Of a stretch of DNA of 64,000 nt, positions 9,064-17,985 are shown in pieces. The stretch is from NCBI GenBank assembly GCA_902384795.1, contig CABMDC010000012.1, forward strand, positions 71,970 through 135,969. Reading direction: 5' to 3'. The position numbers and the translations under genes were made by a program. Below the pieces are notes generated by a model. That model did not search any database, was not told the DNA's origin, and saw only the letters and a program-made list of their open reading frames with translations. The DNA is from Candidatus Gugararchaeum adminiculabundum. Its GTDB lineage: Archaea > Micrarchaeota > Micrarchaeia > Burarchaeales > Gugararchaeaceae. Every line of letters begins with the position of its first letter. The stretch's first letter is position 1.

Positions 9064-9723
9064 CTAATTTTTCCTGAGAATTTTTTGCTCCAGCTTGTTC
9101 AAAAACTGCCCCAGCCCCGCGCCTGCGTTCGCGAGCTCTTTGCTTTTCCAGTAGAAAATTAGCGGAGTTGCTATTGAAAGGAAAAGCGCGACTGCGAAAA
9201 CCACATTCATTCCGTAATCAGGGATGAAGGTGTGCATTCCCTGCACTGTCCTGCCATCGGAAAGATGGAATGGAACCAGGTAATCTAGATAGTCATTTAG
9301 CAGGAACCAGCCAATGATGGCGGGCGCGATTTTGAAATCGAATTTTTTTGGAATCAGCAAAATGCTCTCAACAACCATTAGCAGATGCGGAAGGAGAAAT
9401 AATGCTGAAACGAACAGCGCGTCCTGCAAAGAGGTGTAATAGTAGCCCCAGTTGAACAGGATGACGAATGCTGACCAAAATCCGTATTTCACTAAATAAG
9501 AAGCTGCGAGCAGCTTGAACCAGTCTTCTTTTATTATGCCTGCGAATGCTATTGCCGCGAGAAGAACCGAAACTGGCGAGTCTGCGATCAGGGGCCAGAG
9601 AAAAATCGGAAAGAACGGAAGCATGGGGTTGAAAGCGTAGTAGAAATACACTCCCCAAACTCCTGCAACGCCGTTCAGGAATGAGACTAATTTTTGCCAA
9701 AGAGGTATGCCCATGTCGATCAC
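9064..9723 (-). CDS. polytopic membrane protein of unknown function
   Basis: Six or more predicted TM helices rich in Phe/Trp/Tyr. Its start codon directly abuts the stop of the upstream MBL gene (9724), suggesting co-transcription. Confidence 0.5.
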   Translation of the reverse strand: MIDMGIPLWQKLVSFLNGVAGVWGVYFYYAFNPMLPFFPIFLWPLIADSPVSVLLAAIAFAGIIKEDWFKLLAASYLVKYGFWSAFVILFNWGYYYTSLQDALFVSALFLLPHLLMVVESILLIPKKFDFKIAPAIIGWFLLNDYLDYLVPFHLSDGRTVQGMHTFIPDYGMNVVFAVALFLSIATPLIFYWKSKELANAGAGLGQFLNKLEQKILRKN

Positions 9724-10284
9724 TTATTTCTGCTCAGTTGGCCCATGACCAGGGCACAGAAGTTTGTAATCCAATTTGTCTATGAATTTCAATGAATCTA
9801 TAATTTTCTCCTCATTTCCGCCGGGCAAATCTGTTCTTCCCCTGTCGCCATCGGCGAACTTTGTATCACCGGAAAAAAGAAGCCCGTTATTTTTCTCTAG
9901 GATGCAGATGCTGCCTTCAGTGTGCCCGGGTGTCCAGTAGATTTCCAAATTGAAAGTCCCCCATTTGAAATTCTTGAAATCATAGGCGCGCGCGTTCTTT
10001 GGGACTATGCGGAAAAGCAACTTGACAAAATCACGCTCGTGCAGGTAGACGTTTTGCCAGTCTGGCTTCACTCCTCCGCTGTGGTCATGGTGAGAATGGG
10101 TCAGAAAAGTGTAAGTTGGAGTGAGCGAATCCAGCTCCTGCACTCCGCCATCTCCGGAATCAATGATCAGTTTCTCGCCCTTGCCATTGTCCAGAAGATA
10201 GATGTTCGAGCAGGTGCGCTCGTCCGTGCGAATCATCTGTATGTTCTCGGTTAGCTTTTGCATGGGTCCATTGGGAATGAGCAA
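9724..10284 (-). CDS. metallo-beta-lactamase fold hydrolase (glyoxalase II-like)
   Basis: LTHSHHDHSGG (HxHxDH), WTPGHTEGSICI, LLCPGHGP give the classic MBL motif series. Alternative start Met at 10263. Confidence 0.6.
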   Translation of the reverse strand: MLIPNGPMQKLTENIQMIRTDERTCSNIYLLDNGKGEKLIIDSGDGGVQELDSLTPTYTFLTHSHHDHSGGVKPDWQNVYLHERDFVKLLFRIVPKNARAYDFKNFKWGTFNLEIYWTPGHTEGSICILEKNNGLLFSGDTKFADGDRGRTDLPGGNEEKIIDSLKFIDKLDYKLLCPGHGPTEQK

Positions 10285-10351
10285 AACTATATATATGCTC
10301 CAAGGAGCAAGCGTAGCACGGATATTTGGGTCGTAGTGGAGACGGCTTGGA

Positions 10352-11197
10352 ATGATTTACACCTTTGAATCTTTTGAGGAATTTCAGGCAAAAGCCGCTG
10401 GACTCGGCATAAAGAGCGACCTTGCTGCCCTGACAAAGCTCAGTATCCTGTTCTTTGAATATTACACCGACCAGGAGCCGAACTATATAGTGATGAGCCT
10501 GCTCAACTACCCGCGCGAGAAGCCCAACACCCTGTTGGTAATCACCAGGGACAATTCGCTGATTTACCCGAAGGTGCAGATTGAGAATGACGCGATGCTC
10601 GCGGAACTGCGGAAGAAAACCATGTATGCCGAGAGCACCCTTGTCGGCTATTCCGTGCTGAAGCAGATTCTCGGGAATTACCTGGCGAAATTCGAGGAGA
10701 TAACCAAGATGATTGACGAGCTGGATGAAAGGCTTGAATTCGACAAGGTCGAACTGGTCTCGCGCGAGCTGAAGAGGTTCAGGGACAAGGTTGACGACCT
10801 TTTGCAGATAATACTAAGAATCGAGGAAAAGGAGGTTAAGCTGGTGGATAACAGGGTGCTTGCCTACGAGTTCGACATACTGATTGCAAAGACCAGGCTT
10901 TTGGCGGACAGGTGCAGGAGCAAAATGGAGGAGATAAACGTCCTCAGGGACAAGTGCGATGTGATTGAGGCCAAAATCCTGAATAAAAGGCTGGAAAAGC
11001 TGACGGACATAATGAAGAAGCTGACCGCGTTCACGGTGATCATGATGATTCCGAACATCATATCCTCGCACTTTGGCATGAACTTCAAGTACATGCCCGA
11101 GCTCAGCATGCTAGATGCCTATCCGGTGGTGATAGCCGTGACCCTGCTTATCATGGGCGGGGCGGTCTTGCTTTTCAAGAAGTGGGAATGGCTGTAG
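10352..11197 (+). CDS. corA: CorA family Mg2+/Co2+ transporter
   Basis: C-terminal two TM helices flank the GMN signature (SHFGMNFKYMPEL). A long cytoplasmic coiled-coil N-domain is present. Confidence 0.75.
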   Translation: MIYTFESFEEFQAKAAGLGIKSDLAALTKLSILFFEYYTDQEPNYIVMSLLNYPREKPNTLLVITRDNSLIYPKVQIENDAMLAELRKKTMYAESTLVGYSVLKQILGNYLAKFEEITKMIDELDERLEFDKVELVSRELKRFRDKVDDLLQIILRIEEKEVKLVDNRVLAYEFDILIAKTRLLADRCRSKMEEINVLRDKCDVIEAKILNKRLEKLTDIMKKLTAFTVIMMIPNIISSHFGMNFKYMPELSMLDAYPVVIAVTLLIMGGAVLLFKKWEWL

Positions 11198-11359
11198 AGC
11201 GTACAGTGTGCGAACAGAGCCGCTCTACCCTTTCAACATCCAGAGCTAAACAGGAACTGCTTCGGATGAAGAGCTCGCGATTACTCGCTCGCTCTCATCC
11301 TCCGCCGATAGCCGGGGGCGCCATTGGTTTATCTTTTTTTGTCTGCCAAATTCCAGCTT

Positions 11360-12397
11360 ATGCAGCAGAATACGGCACAGCTAAGGAGATTGGTGCTCGA
11401 GAAGATTTCCGAGGCCGAGCTGCAGCAGAGGATAGGTGCGAAGATAACCGAATATGCCGGGCTGCTCACCAATGACGCCGGGCTGGAACTGATAGCCGGG
11501 GAATTGGGAGTGAAATTGGAGTGGAATGTTTCTGTTTCTGATCTGCAGCCAGGCATGAGCAATGTGACCGTGGAAGGGGAGATCACGCGTATTTTCCCTG
11601 CAAAAGAGTTTGAGAAGAGAAGCGGGGGAAAGGGAAAACTAAGAAGGGCCTTTTTGAGCGACGGAAAAATGGAAAGGGCGATTGTGCTCTGGGACTCGGA
11701 CTGCGCGCTCCTGGACGGGAAAGTGGCGCGCGGGGACCAGGTAAAAATTTCAGGCGCGTATACCAAAATGGATGAGCTGTTCCTGGGATATAACGGGACG
11801 ATTGAAGTGATGAAAAAAGCCGAGAAAAAGAAGCTCAATGAACTGGAGGATGGCGAGTTCGTGGATGTGATGGGGGTTGTGCGCGAGATAAGGCCGGATG
11901 TGAAATTCGAAAGGGAAGGCGAGCAGCGGGTGATGAAAAGTTTCGTGCTCATGGATGAGTCAGGCGAAGCAAGGGTGTGCGTCTGGGACTGGATTGACAA
12001 GATTGCGAAAATGAGATTGAATGACGAAATTCACCTAAGCGGAGGGAAAGTGCGAGAAGGGGAAATCCATGTGGGAAAAAATTCGCACATTGCATTGATT
12101 TCAAAAATCAGGGAACTGAAGGATGCGAAAGAGGGAGAGGAGATTGAAGTGAAAGCAGTGATTGCAGAGGCAAGGGTGGAAGGCAATGATAGGATTGTGG
12201 CGCGGCCCGAGGGGAACAAATACGCGCTGGTTTTCCAGGGAGAGCATGCGCTGAAGCTGCTGGGGATTAGGGAATTGCCGGAAGGGGTTGGCATGAAAAC
12301 TGTTTTTGAATTGAAAAGGGAAACCCTGGAAAAAAGCGAAATCGAGGTTGCGGGAAAATTGTCCGGAACCAGTTTTGTTGTTTCTAAGATTAACTAA
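11360..12397 (+). CDS. replication protein A-like single-stranded DNA-binding protein with three OB folds
   Basis: Three OB-fold-like units: VEGEITRIFPAKEFEKRSGGKGKLRRAFLSDGKMERAIVLWD, MGVVREIRPDVKFEREGEQRVMKSFVLMDESGEARVCVWD, and AVIAEARVEG. ORF track starts at TTG 11324; ATG at 11360. Confidence 0.55.
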   Translation: MQQNTAQLRRLVLEKISEAELQQRIGAKITEYAGLLTNDAGLELIAGELGVKLEWNVSVSDLQPGMSNVTVEGEITRIFPAKEFEKRSGGKGKLRRAFLSDGKMERAIVLWDSDCALLDGKVARGDQVKISGAYTKMDELFLGYNGTIEVMKKAEKKKLNELEDGEFVDVMGVVREIRPDVKFEREGEQRVMKSFVLMDESGEARVCVWDWIDKIAKMRLNDEIHLSGGKVREGEIHVGKNSHIALISKIRELKDAKEGEEIEVKAVIAEARVEGNDRIVARPEGNKYALVFQGEHALKLLGIRELPEGVGMKTVFELKRETLEKSEIEVAGKLSGTSFVVSKIN

Positions 12398-12413
12398 ATT
12401 GCAGAGGGAACGA

Positions 12414-13538
12414 ATGCAGGAAAAGGAGATTGAGGCTATTTTACAGAAACGCGATGCGGTGGAGAAAGAGCTAGCGCAGATTGGGGAAAAGAATTTCGAG
12501 AATGCGCTGGAAGTGCTGGATGAGGTCAGGAATTTGGTGGAGTTCGCGCTTGAGCTGGAGAAAAAAGGCGAGGACATTGTGAAGCAGGATATTGTGCCAA
12601 GGATGAAATTTGCGCAAAAGAGCAGGCAGGCGGGCAAGAGTTTCAAGAGAATTGTGGACTGGATTAATGCGCTGCATGCGCAAAAGGAAATGCAGGAAAG
12701 GGAAGCGCTTCTGTTCGGTGATGTTCTCAAAAGGCTGAGGAGCAGGGAGCCGGGGAAAGCAAAGGACGAGCTAAGGAAACTGGAACATATCCAGAAATTG
12801 GGCGAAAGAAGGGAGGAGACTAGGGCGCAACTCGCCGAGGCAAGGGAGCAGGTGCAAAGGGAGCTGAACCAGGCGAACAAAAAGCTCTCTGAAATTGAAA
12901 TGCTGCTTGAGCCGGAGCCGCTGGAGCAGGCAGGGGAGTTTGGGAAGCTGGAAGCCGCGTTGCGGCAATATAATATATGGAGGGCCGGGATGCTGGAAAA
13001 GATGCAGGCGCTCCCTCTGCCGAAATTGCTTGACTATTACCTGAAAAGGAGCGAAAAGCTGGAGGAGCTGGGATTCCCGAAGCCAATGAAAAGGGAGGAT
13101 GCGGGGGAGATGCAAAAGCTGTTTTCCTCTGACCCGCAGCTGGCGGGAAAGAGCGCTGCGGAAATTCTGGAGCTAATGAACGAGAGCGAGGGGAAATTGA
13201 ACCACCTGCTGTCCGATTCGCGCAAATTCCTTTCCCTCGTGAGAGGTGAGCGGCAGTGGGTTTCCTTGCTTGCAAAAATCGGGGTTAGCGGGTTTATGGC
13301 CTTGGAACTGGGAGAGCAGGAAAGGGCCAGGGGGATAGGGGAATTTGACCCTGCCAGGGGAAAGGAGCTGGAACTGATTGCTGGCACTGATTTTGCGAGA
13401 GTGGTGGAGCTGAGGGCCGCTTCCGAGAAGCTGGGAAGGATGCGCGGGATGAGGGGCAAAATAAGGGTTGAGGAAAAGGGAGAACTGGAGAAAAGGGCCG
13501 AGGGGCTTGAGAGAGTGCTCGAGAGAATGGGCGGCTAA
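12414..13538 (+). CDS. coiled-coil protein, unknown function
   Basis: Highly charged heptad-rich sequence (EKEIEAILQKRDAVEKELAQIGEKNFENALEVLDEV...). ATG at 12414 is 16 nt after the RPA stop, with GAGGGA SD-like sequence. Confidence 0.45.
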   Translation: MQEKEIEAILQKRDAVEKELAQIGEKNFENALEVLDEVRNLVEFALELEKKGEDIVKQDIVPRMKFAQKSRQAGKSFKRIVDWINALHAQKEMQEREALLFGDVLKRLRSREPGKAKDELRKLEHIQKLGERREETRAQLAEAREQVQRELNQANKKLSEIEMLLEPEPLEQAGEFGKLEAALRQYNIWRAGMLEKMQALPLPKLLDYYLKRSEKLEELGFPKPMKREDAGEMQKLFSSDPQLAGKSAAEILELMNESEGKLNHLLSDSRKFLSLVRGERQWVSLLAKIGVSGFMALELGEQERARGIGEFDPARGKELELIAGTDFARVVELRAASEKLGRMRGMRGKIRVEEKGELEKRAEGLERVLERMGG

Positions 13539-13602
13539 TTGTGTTAAAAAGTGTGGAATAGGTTAATATACTTGTTTTTACATAATCTACCAATGGTTAG
13601 GT

Positions 13603-15345
13603 GTGATTAGATTGAAATTTCAGGACGTTAAAATAATCGCTGGCAACATGATGAACAGGAAAAAGGCTAGTGTGAACAAGGCAGGCCAGGAGGAGCTGGT
13701 GAAAACAGGGGAGAAGGTTGTGCCGCTTAGGCAGCCGGCTGAGATCCTTCCGTTTGCAAAACAAAGCGAAGAGCTTACGCATGATTCGGGGAGGGCTGAG
13801 AAAGAAGAGGGAAGTGCACAGATTGAGAAAGAGGTGCAGCAGGAGAAACCAGTGTATGAAAAACCGAAAAAGCGCAAGCTGAAAAACGAGGTCAAATTTC
13901 TGATCGTATTGGCCGTATTCTGGATGCTCACCAGGATATTCTCACGGGAGCACATTGAGGCAGTGAAAAAATGGAGAGAGGAGGAGCCGGTTTTCCCGTT
14001 TGGAAAAATAACCAGCACCATGCTTGTGAAGAACCACAGGCTTCCCTTGGTGGAATTGAAAACTAAGCCAGAAACGCTGAAAAAATACGATGCCAGGCAA
14101 AGGAATGCTGCTAGGCCTCTGGCTTGCGAAATGGACAGGCAGGCGGACAAGCGGAAGGCGGGAAAAACCACAGAGCAGGAGAAACTGGGATTTGGGGGAA
14201 GAGTTTACGGATGGCTCAAAGGAATCGGAACTGATGATTCGATCAAGACTGCGAAAATTTTGCAAGAGGGGGATAGGGGGCCGGGTGAGCCGTTTTGCGC
14301 CTATGTTTTTGATGTGAAAAACGGCAAATATGAAGGAACTTACGGGTTTTTTGCCTATGATGCGAAAACGCTCAAAGCTGATAGATGGATTTCAATTGAA
14401 ACCGGATACAGGACTGCAATGCTGAAAAGAGTGCTGGCAAGCACCGTGGTTCGGCCCGGAGAAATCGGGCAGATTGATGCGTTTACTCCGGCAAGAAGCG
14501 GGGTTGACCAGCGCTATTGCATGGGCTGGATTTCCAACTCTGACCCTGGAGAGGAGCATAGGATGAGCCGTGGAAGCGTAGTGGATGTGGTCAAAGGAAG
14601 CCTTAGCGGGATGAAAGGAATTGTGAAAGGAACAAAGGGCGGGCTTGTTCTGGTCTCGCCAGTGACATTGGGCAATGACATTAAATTTGCAACCAAGCCG
14701 GAGAACCTGCGCAAGCTTGAGAATCCGAGCATAAACAAGCTTAAGGCGCGCTTCAGGCATGCCATTTATGTCGAGGGAGATGACGGAAAGGAATTGCCCG
14801 GAGCGGATAGGATTGGCAAGTTCATGCTTGACGAGCCGGTTGAGATTTCCGGCGGCGTGTATGTGGGATTGCGGGGAAAGATAATCGGAGCAACTAAAGA
14901 TGGGGAAATTTTGATTCACCCTGAATCTGCGGGCAAAAAAGGAGTTGCCATAGAAAAGGAAAAACTACGCCTGCCAAGCAGCAGCGATGCGCAGGCTTCC
15001 AAAAAAATCACCCTTCCATTGGAAAAGCCGGTTTTGGAATTCAAGGCTGACCGCAGAGTTGCGGTGGAAGCGGAAAATTTCACAGTGAAACAAAGGGCAT
15101 TGAGCTATGTTTTTGGAACCAAGAGGGGGGAATCCGGAGTAATGGCCGAATTCACTGCCAAAAACAACAGCCTGGGCAGGAGAAGGACCCTGCGCATTGT
15201 GGCAAGATGGGAGAACGCAGGCACTATTGTAGAGGATGCCCTGGATATCAGGGTTAGGGCGAGGGAAACCAAGAATGTCAGGTTCATAACCCTGCAGCCC
15301 AGGGAGGGATTTGCCAAGGTTTCCGTCGAAGTGCGGGAGAAATAG
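13603..15345 (+). CDS. hypothetical membrane-anchored protein with two KOW-like motifs
   Basis: One TM helix (VKFLIVLAVFWMLTRIF). KOW-like G-rich motifs at GSVVDVVKGSLSGMKGIVKGTKGGLVLV and VEISGGVYVGLRGKIIGATKDGEILI. GTG start in track; alternative ATG 13648. Confidence 0.45.
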   Translation: MIRLKFQDVKIIAGNMMNRKKASVNKAGQEELVKTGEKVVPLRQPAEILPFAKQSEELTHDSGRAEKEEGSAQIEKEVQQEKPVYEKPKKRKLKNEVKFLIVLAVFWMLTRIFSREHIEAVKKWREEEPVFPFGKITSTMLVKNHRLPLVELKTKPETLKKYDARQRNAARPLACEMDRQADKRKAGKTTEQEKLGFGGRVYGWLKGIGTDDSIKTAKILQEGDRGPGEPFCAYVFDVKNGKYEGTYGFFAYDAKTLKADRWISIETGYRTAMLKRVLASTVVRPGEIGQIDAFTPARSGVDQRYCMGWISNSDPGEEHRMSRGSVVDVVKGSLSGMKGIVKGTKGGLVLVSPVTLGNDIKFATKPENLRKLENPSINKLKARFRHAIYVEGDDGKELPGADRIGKFMLDEPVEISGGVYVGLRGKIIGATKDGEILIHPESAGKKGVAIEKEKLRLPSSSDAQASKKITLPLEKPVLEFKADRRVAVEAENFTVKQRALSYVFGTKRGESGVMAEFTAKNNSLGRRRTLRIVARWENAGTIVEDALDIRVRARETKNVRFITLQPREGFAKVSVEVREK

Positions 15346-15448
15346 GGCGGGAAGGATAAATACACGAAAACCCATCAACAAACAAAAGGTATTTAAAGAA
15401 GTTCGTGTATAGTAATGGTGACAAATGTAATTTTTGTGGGAGATACTT

Positions 15449-17947
15449 ATGGCTGAGGAAAAAAAGGAACCAACTGGGGAAGCGGGAGCTGGCGCGGAAG
15501 CTGGAAAAACAAAAACTGGCAGCGGCGCCAATATTGTAAAAAAAGCCAGGGAACTGCTCTATGTCCCGGAAGAAAATTCGGTAAAAGAAAAACTCAAGCC
15601 TTCGCAAAGCCCCGACATAAAGAATAATGATATTTCTGCTGTTCTGGCGATTGTTGCCAAGGAGGCCGCACATATAAGGAACGTGGCCGCAAGGATAAAG
15701 ACCCTTGAATCAACCGGCAGGGAAGAGGATGAAAAAATTGCTGGCGCGCTTAAGGAAATGGGCAGGGCGGAGTTCGTCTCCCCGTTCATTGGCAATTACC
15801 TTGACCCTTCAACAACCGGGAAAAAAGAAATTGCTGCAAGAAGGAGGGCCATAGGCGAGCTTCCGGGTTTCGGGGTTTTTGCTTCTCCCGAGCCGCTTGA
15901 AAAAATTGCCAAATTTGAGCCCAGGGCGGGCGGCATGTTCAGCAAGCCTTTCAATCTTATGTTCTATGGGGCGACAGGGGCAGTCCTGTTCCTTTCAGGG
16001 ACCGCCTTTGTGGCGCTGAGCTTCATGCAGGCATCGGGCGTGTTGGCAACCGTGGGAATCGGATTTGCTGCTGCGGAAACCGGAGTCACCTATTATGTGA
16101 GAATGCTTGCGAAAAAATACCACCCCTATGTGGCCGACCATAAGCTTGCGATTAAAGCGCTGGAGCAGATGGGGGACGTGGACGCGATAAAAAGCATGAA
16201 AAGGATTTTTAATTCCACGGATTCGCTTGAGCTGAAAGCCGAGATAATCGGAGCTTTCAACAACATGCTGGAATCTCCCAAGAAAAAGCCGGGAACAGAG
16301 AAGGAGATACTGGGAATTCTGCTTTCGATCGTGGCGAACAACAAGCTGCCGCTCACGATTTCACAAAGGACCCTGGCGGTTATCAGGGGAAAAATGGACA
16401 AGTTTGAGGCAGAGCTCGGGCTCGCGGAAGTGGGAAGAATCAACGAAACGCTGGTCCTGCTTGCCAACAATTCAAAAAGACCGACCCGCACCGAAGCGGT
16501 TGAATTCGTGCTCTCGGAAATGGGAAAGGGAAAACTGGGCGTCTTCAGGGCGTTTGGAGCCTATGGGGATTACAGGAATGTCCGGAGGAATATCAGGATA
16601 GAGGCGATGAAACTTCTTGCCGAATACTGCAAGAGGAACATCAGGGCGATAGAGGACCCGGCCAGCCCGCTGGTGACCGAATACAGGCACAAATTTTCGC
16701 CTGTCTTCGCAAAGCTCGCACACCGCGATGCTGCGAAAAACAGCGCTGAATTCACCTATGACAAGCGGGTGGGCGGGGAAGCGATAAGGCTGATGAATGA
16801 GATACAGGCGACCTCTGCGAACACTGCGCCGAAAAAAGATGCGCTGCACTCAAAGATTACCGATGAGGCCGCTGGAAGAAGGGTTGGCTTTTCGAATGAG
16901 GGCGGAGTTGGCCTTGCGCCCACAGAGCCGCCGTTCAGGTATGGCGAACCAAAAATCAAGCTGCCGGAAATCATGGCGGTTGATGATGCAAGAAAAGAGG
17001 GCGCTGAAATTGGCGATGTTTCAAGGCTTCACTGGAACTATGGAGAACTAAGAAGCTACGCAAAGAAAAGCGGTGCGGACATCGGTGGACTGGTAGTTAA
17101 TATTATTGACGAGCTGAAGAAATTGTCTTCAACAAAAATTGAAGTCAGGGGCAAACAGGACAAGGTGGACGGGGAGAAGACTGCCCAGCTCGGACTGACA
17201 ATAGTTGCTGCTTTGGAAGGAATCTGGCACAAGGAGGCCACCGAGGCATTGGGAGAAATCGCGTCAAGGGCAAAGGACAATGAAATGGGAACTTCAGTCA
17301 CTCTTGCTGCTGCTGAAACCCTGAGAACAAGGCTGCAAAAATTTGAAACTAATGGCAATGCCGAGCACAACATAGCCATCCGGGAGAGCAACCTGTTTGC
17401 ATTGGGCGGGCTGATTCAGAATAAAAATGCCATTGAAGAGGTCAAGCTTGTTGCGGTAAGCACTGCAGCGGAGAATTTGCCTGACAATGATTTGAGGGCC
17501 ACGAGCGTGAGTATTCTCGTGCACGGGCTGGCGGATTCAAGCCTTGCGATCAATGAGAAAGCTCTGGACGGGCTGAAGGCGGTGTCCTATGCAGACGAGG
17601 TGCAGGAAGCGATATTCGGCTTTGTGAAACAGCATGGCGATAATAGCGAAACAAGGGTTGAGATAAGGATCAAGGGAATTGAGATATTGGAAAACGCCGA
17701 GCTTGCCAGGATTGAGAACTGCGGCAGCGTTGAGGAGCTTGATAACAAGAGCACGGCGGCAAGGGCGCTTGACTGGCTGGACAACAATATTTACAACTCA
17801 GGGGAAAATCGCAGTGTGAAGAGCGCTGCTAACATTTCAAAATCAGGCATACAGACAGCGCTGGACCTGAAGAGAGAAATCCTCAGCCCGAATACGGGAG
17901 CTGGAAATCAGAATCGAACAGGGGCCAACAGAAAATTGGAACTGTAG
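15449..17947 (+). CDS. hypothetical HEAT-like repeat protein with a TM hairpin
   Basis: Two adjacent hydrophobic helices (FNLMFYGATGAVLFLSGTAFVALSF, ASGVLATVGIGFAAAETGVTYYV) are followed by alpha-helical repeat units resembling HEAT/PBS-lyase repeats. Confidence 0.45.
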   Translation: MAEEKKEPTGEAGAGAEAGKTKTGSGANIVKKARELLYVPEENSVKEKLKPSQSPDIKNNDISAVLAIVAKEAAHIRNVAARIKTLESTGREEDEKIAGALKEMGRAEFVSPFIGNYLDPSTTGKKEIAARRRAIGELPGFGVFASPEPLEKIAKFEPRAGGMFSKPFNLMFYGATGAVLFLSGTAFVALSFMQASGVLATVGIGFAAAETGVTYYVRMLAKKYHPYVADHKLAIKALEQMGDVDAIKSMKRIFNSTDSLELKAEIIGAFNNMLESPKKKPGTEKEILGILLSIVANNKLPLTISQRTLAVIRGKMDKFEAELGLAEVGRINETLVLLANNSKRPTRTEAVEFVLSEMGKGKLGVFRAFGAYGDYRNVRRNIRIEAMKLLAEYCKRNIRAIEDPASPLVTEYRHKFSPVFAKLAHRDAAKNSAEFTYDKRVGGEAIRLMNEIQATSANTAPKKDALHSKITDEAAGRRVGFSNEGGVGLAPTEPPFRYGEPKIKLPEIMAVDDARKEGAEIGDVSRLHWNYGELRSYAKKSGADIGGLVVNIIDELKKLSSTKIEVRGKQDKVDGEKTAQLGLTIVAALEGIWHKEATEALGEIASRAKDNEMGTSVTLAAAETLRTRLQKFETNGNAEHNIAIRESNLFALGGLIQNKNAIEEVKLVAVSTAAENLPDNDLRATSVSILVHGLADSSLAINEKALDGLKAVSYADEVQEAIFGFVKQHGDNSETRVEIRIKGIEILENAELARIENCGSVEELDNKSTAARALDWLDNNIYNSGENRSVKSAANISKSGIQTALDLKREILSPNTGAGNQNRTGANRKLEL

Positions 17948-17985
17948 GGCTAACTGTAGACTGGATAAATCCTTGGGGACCACAT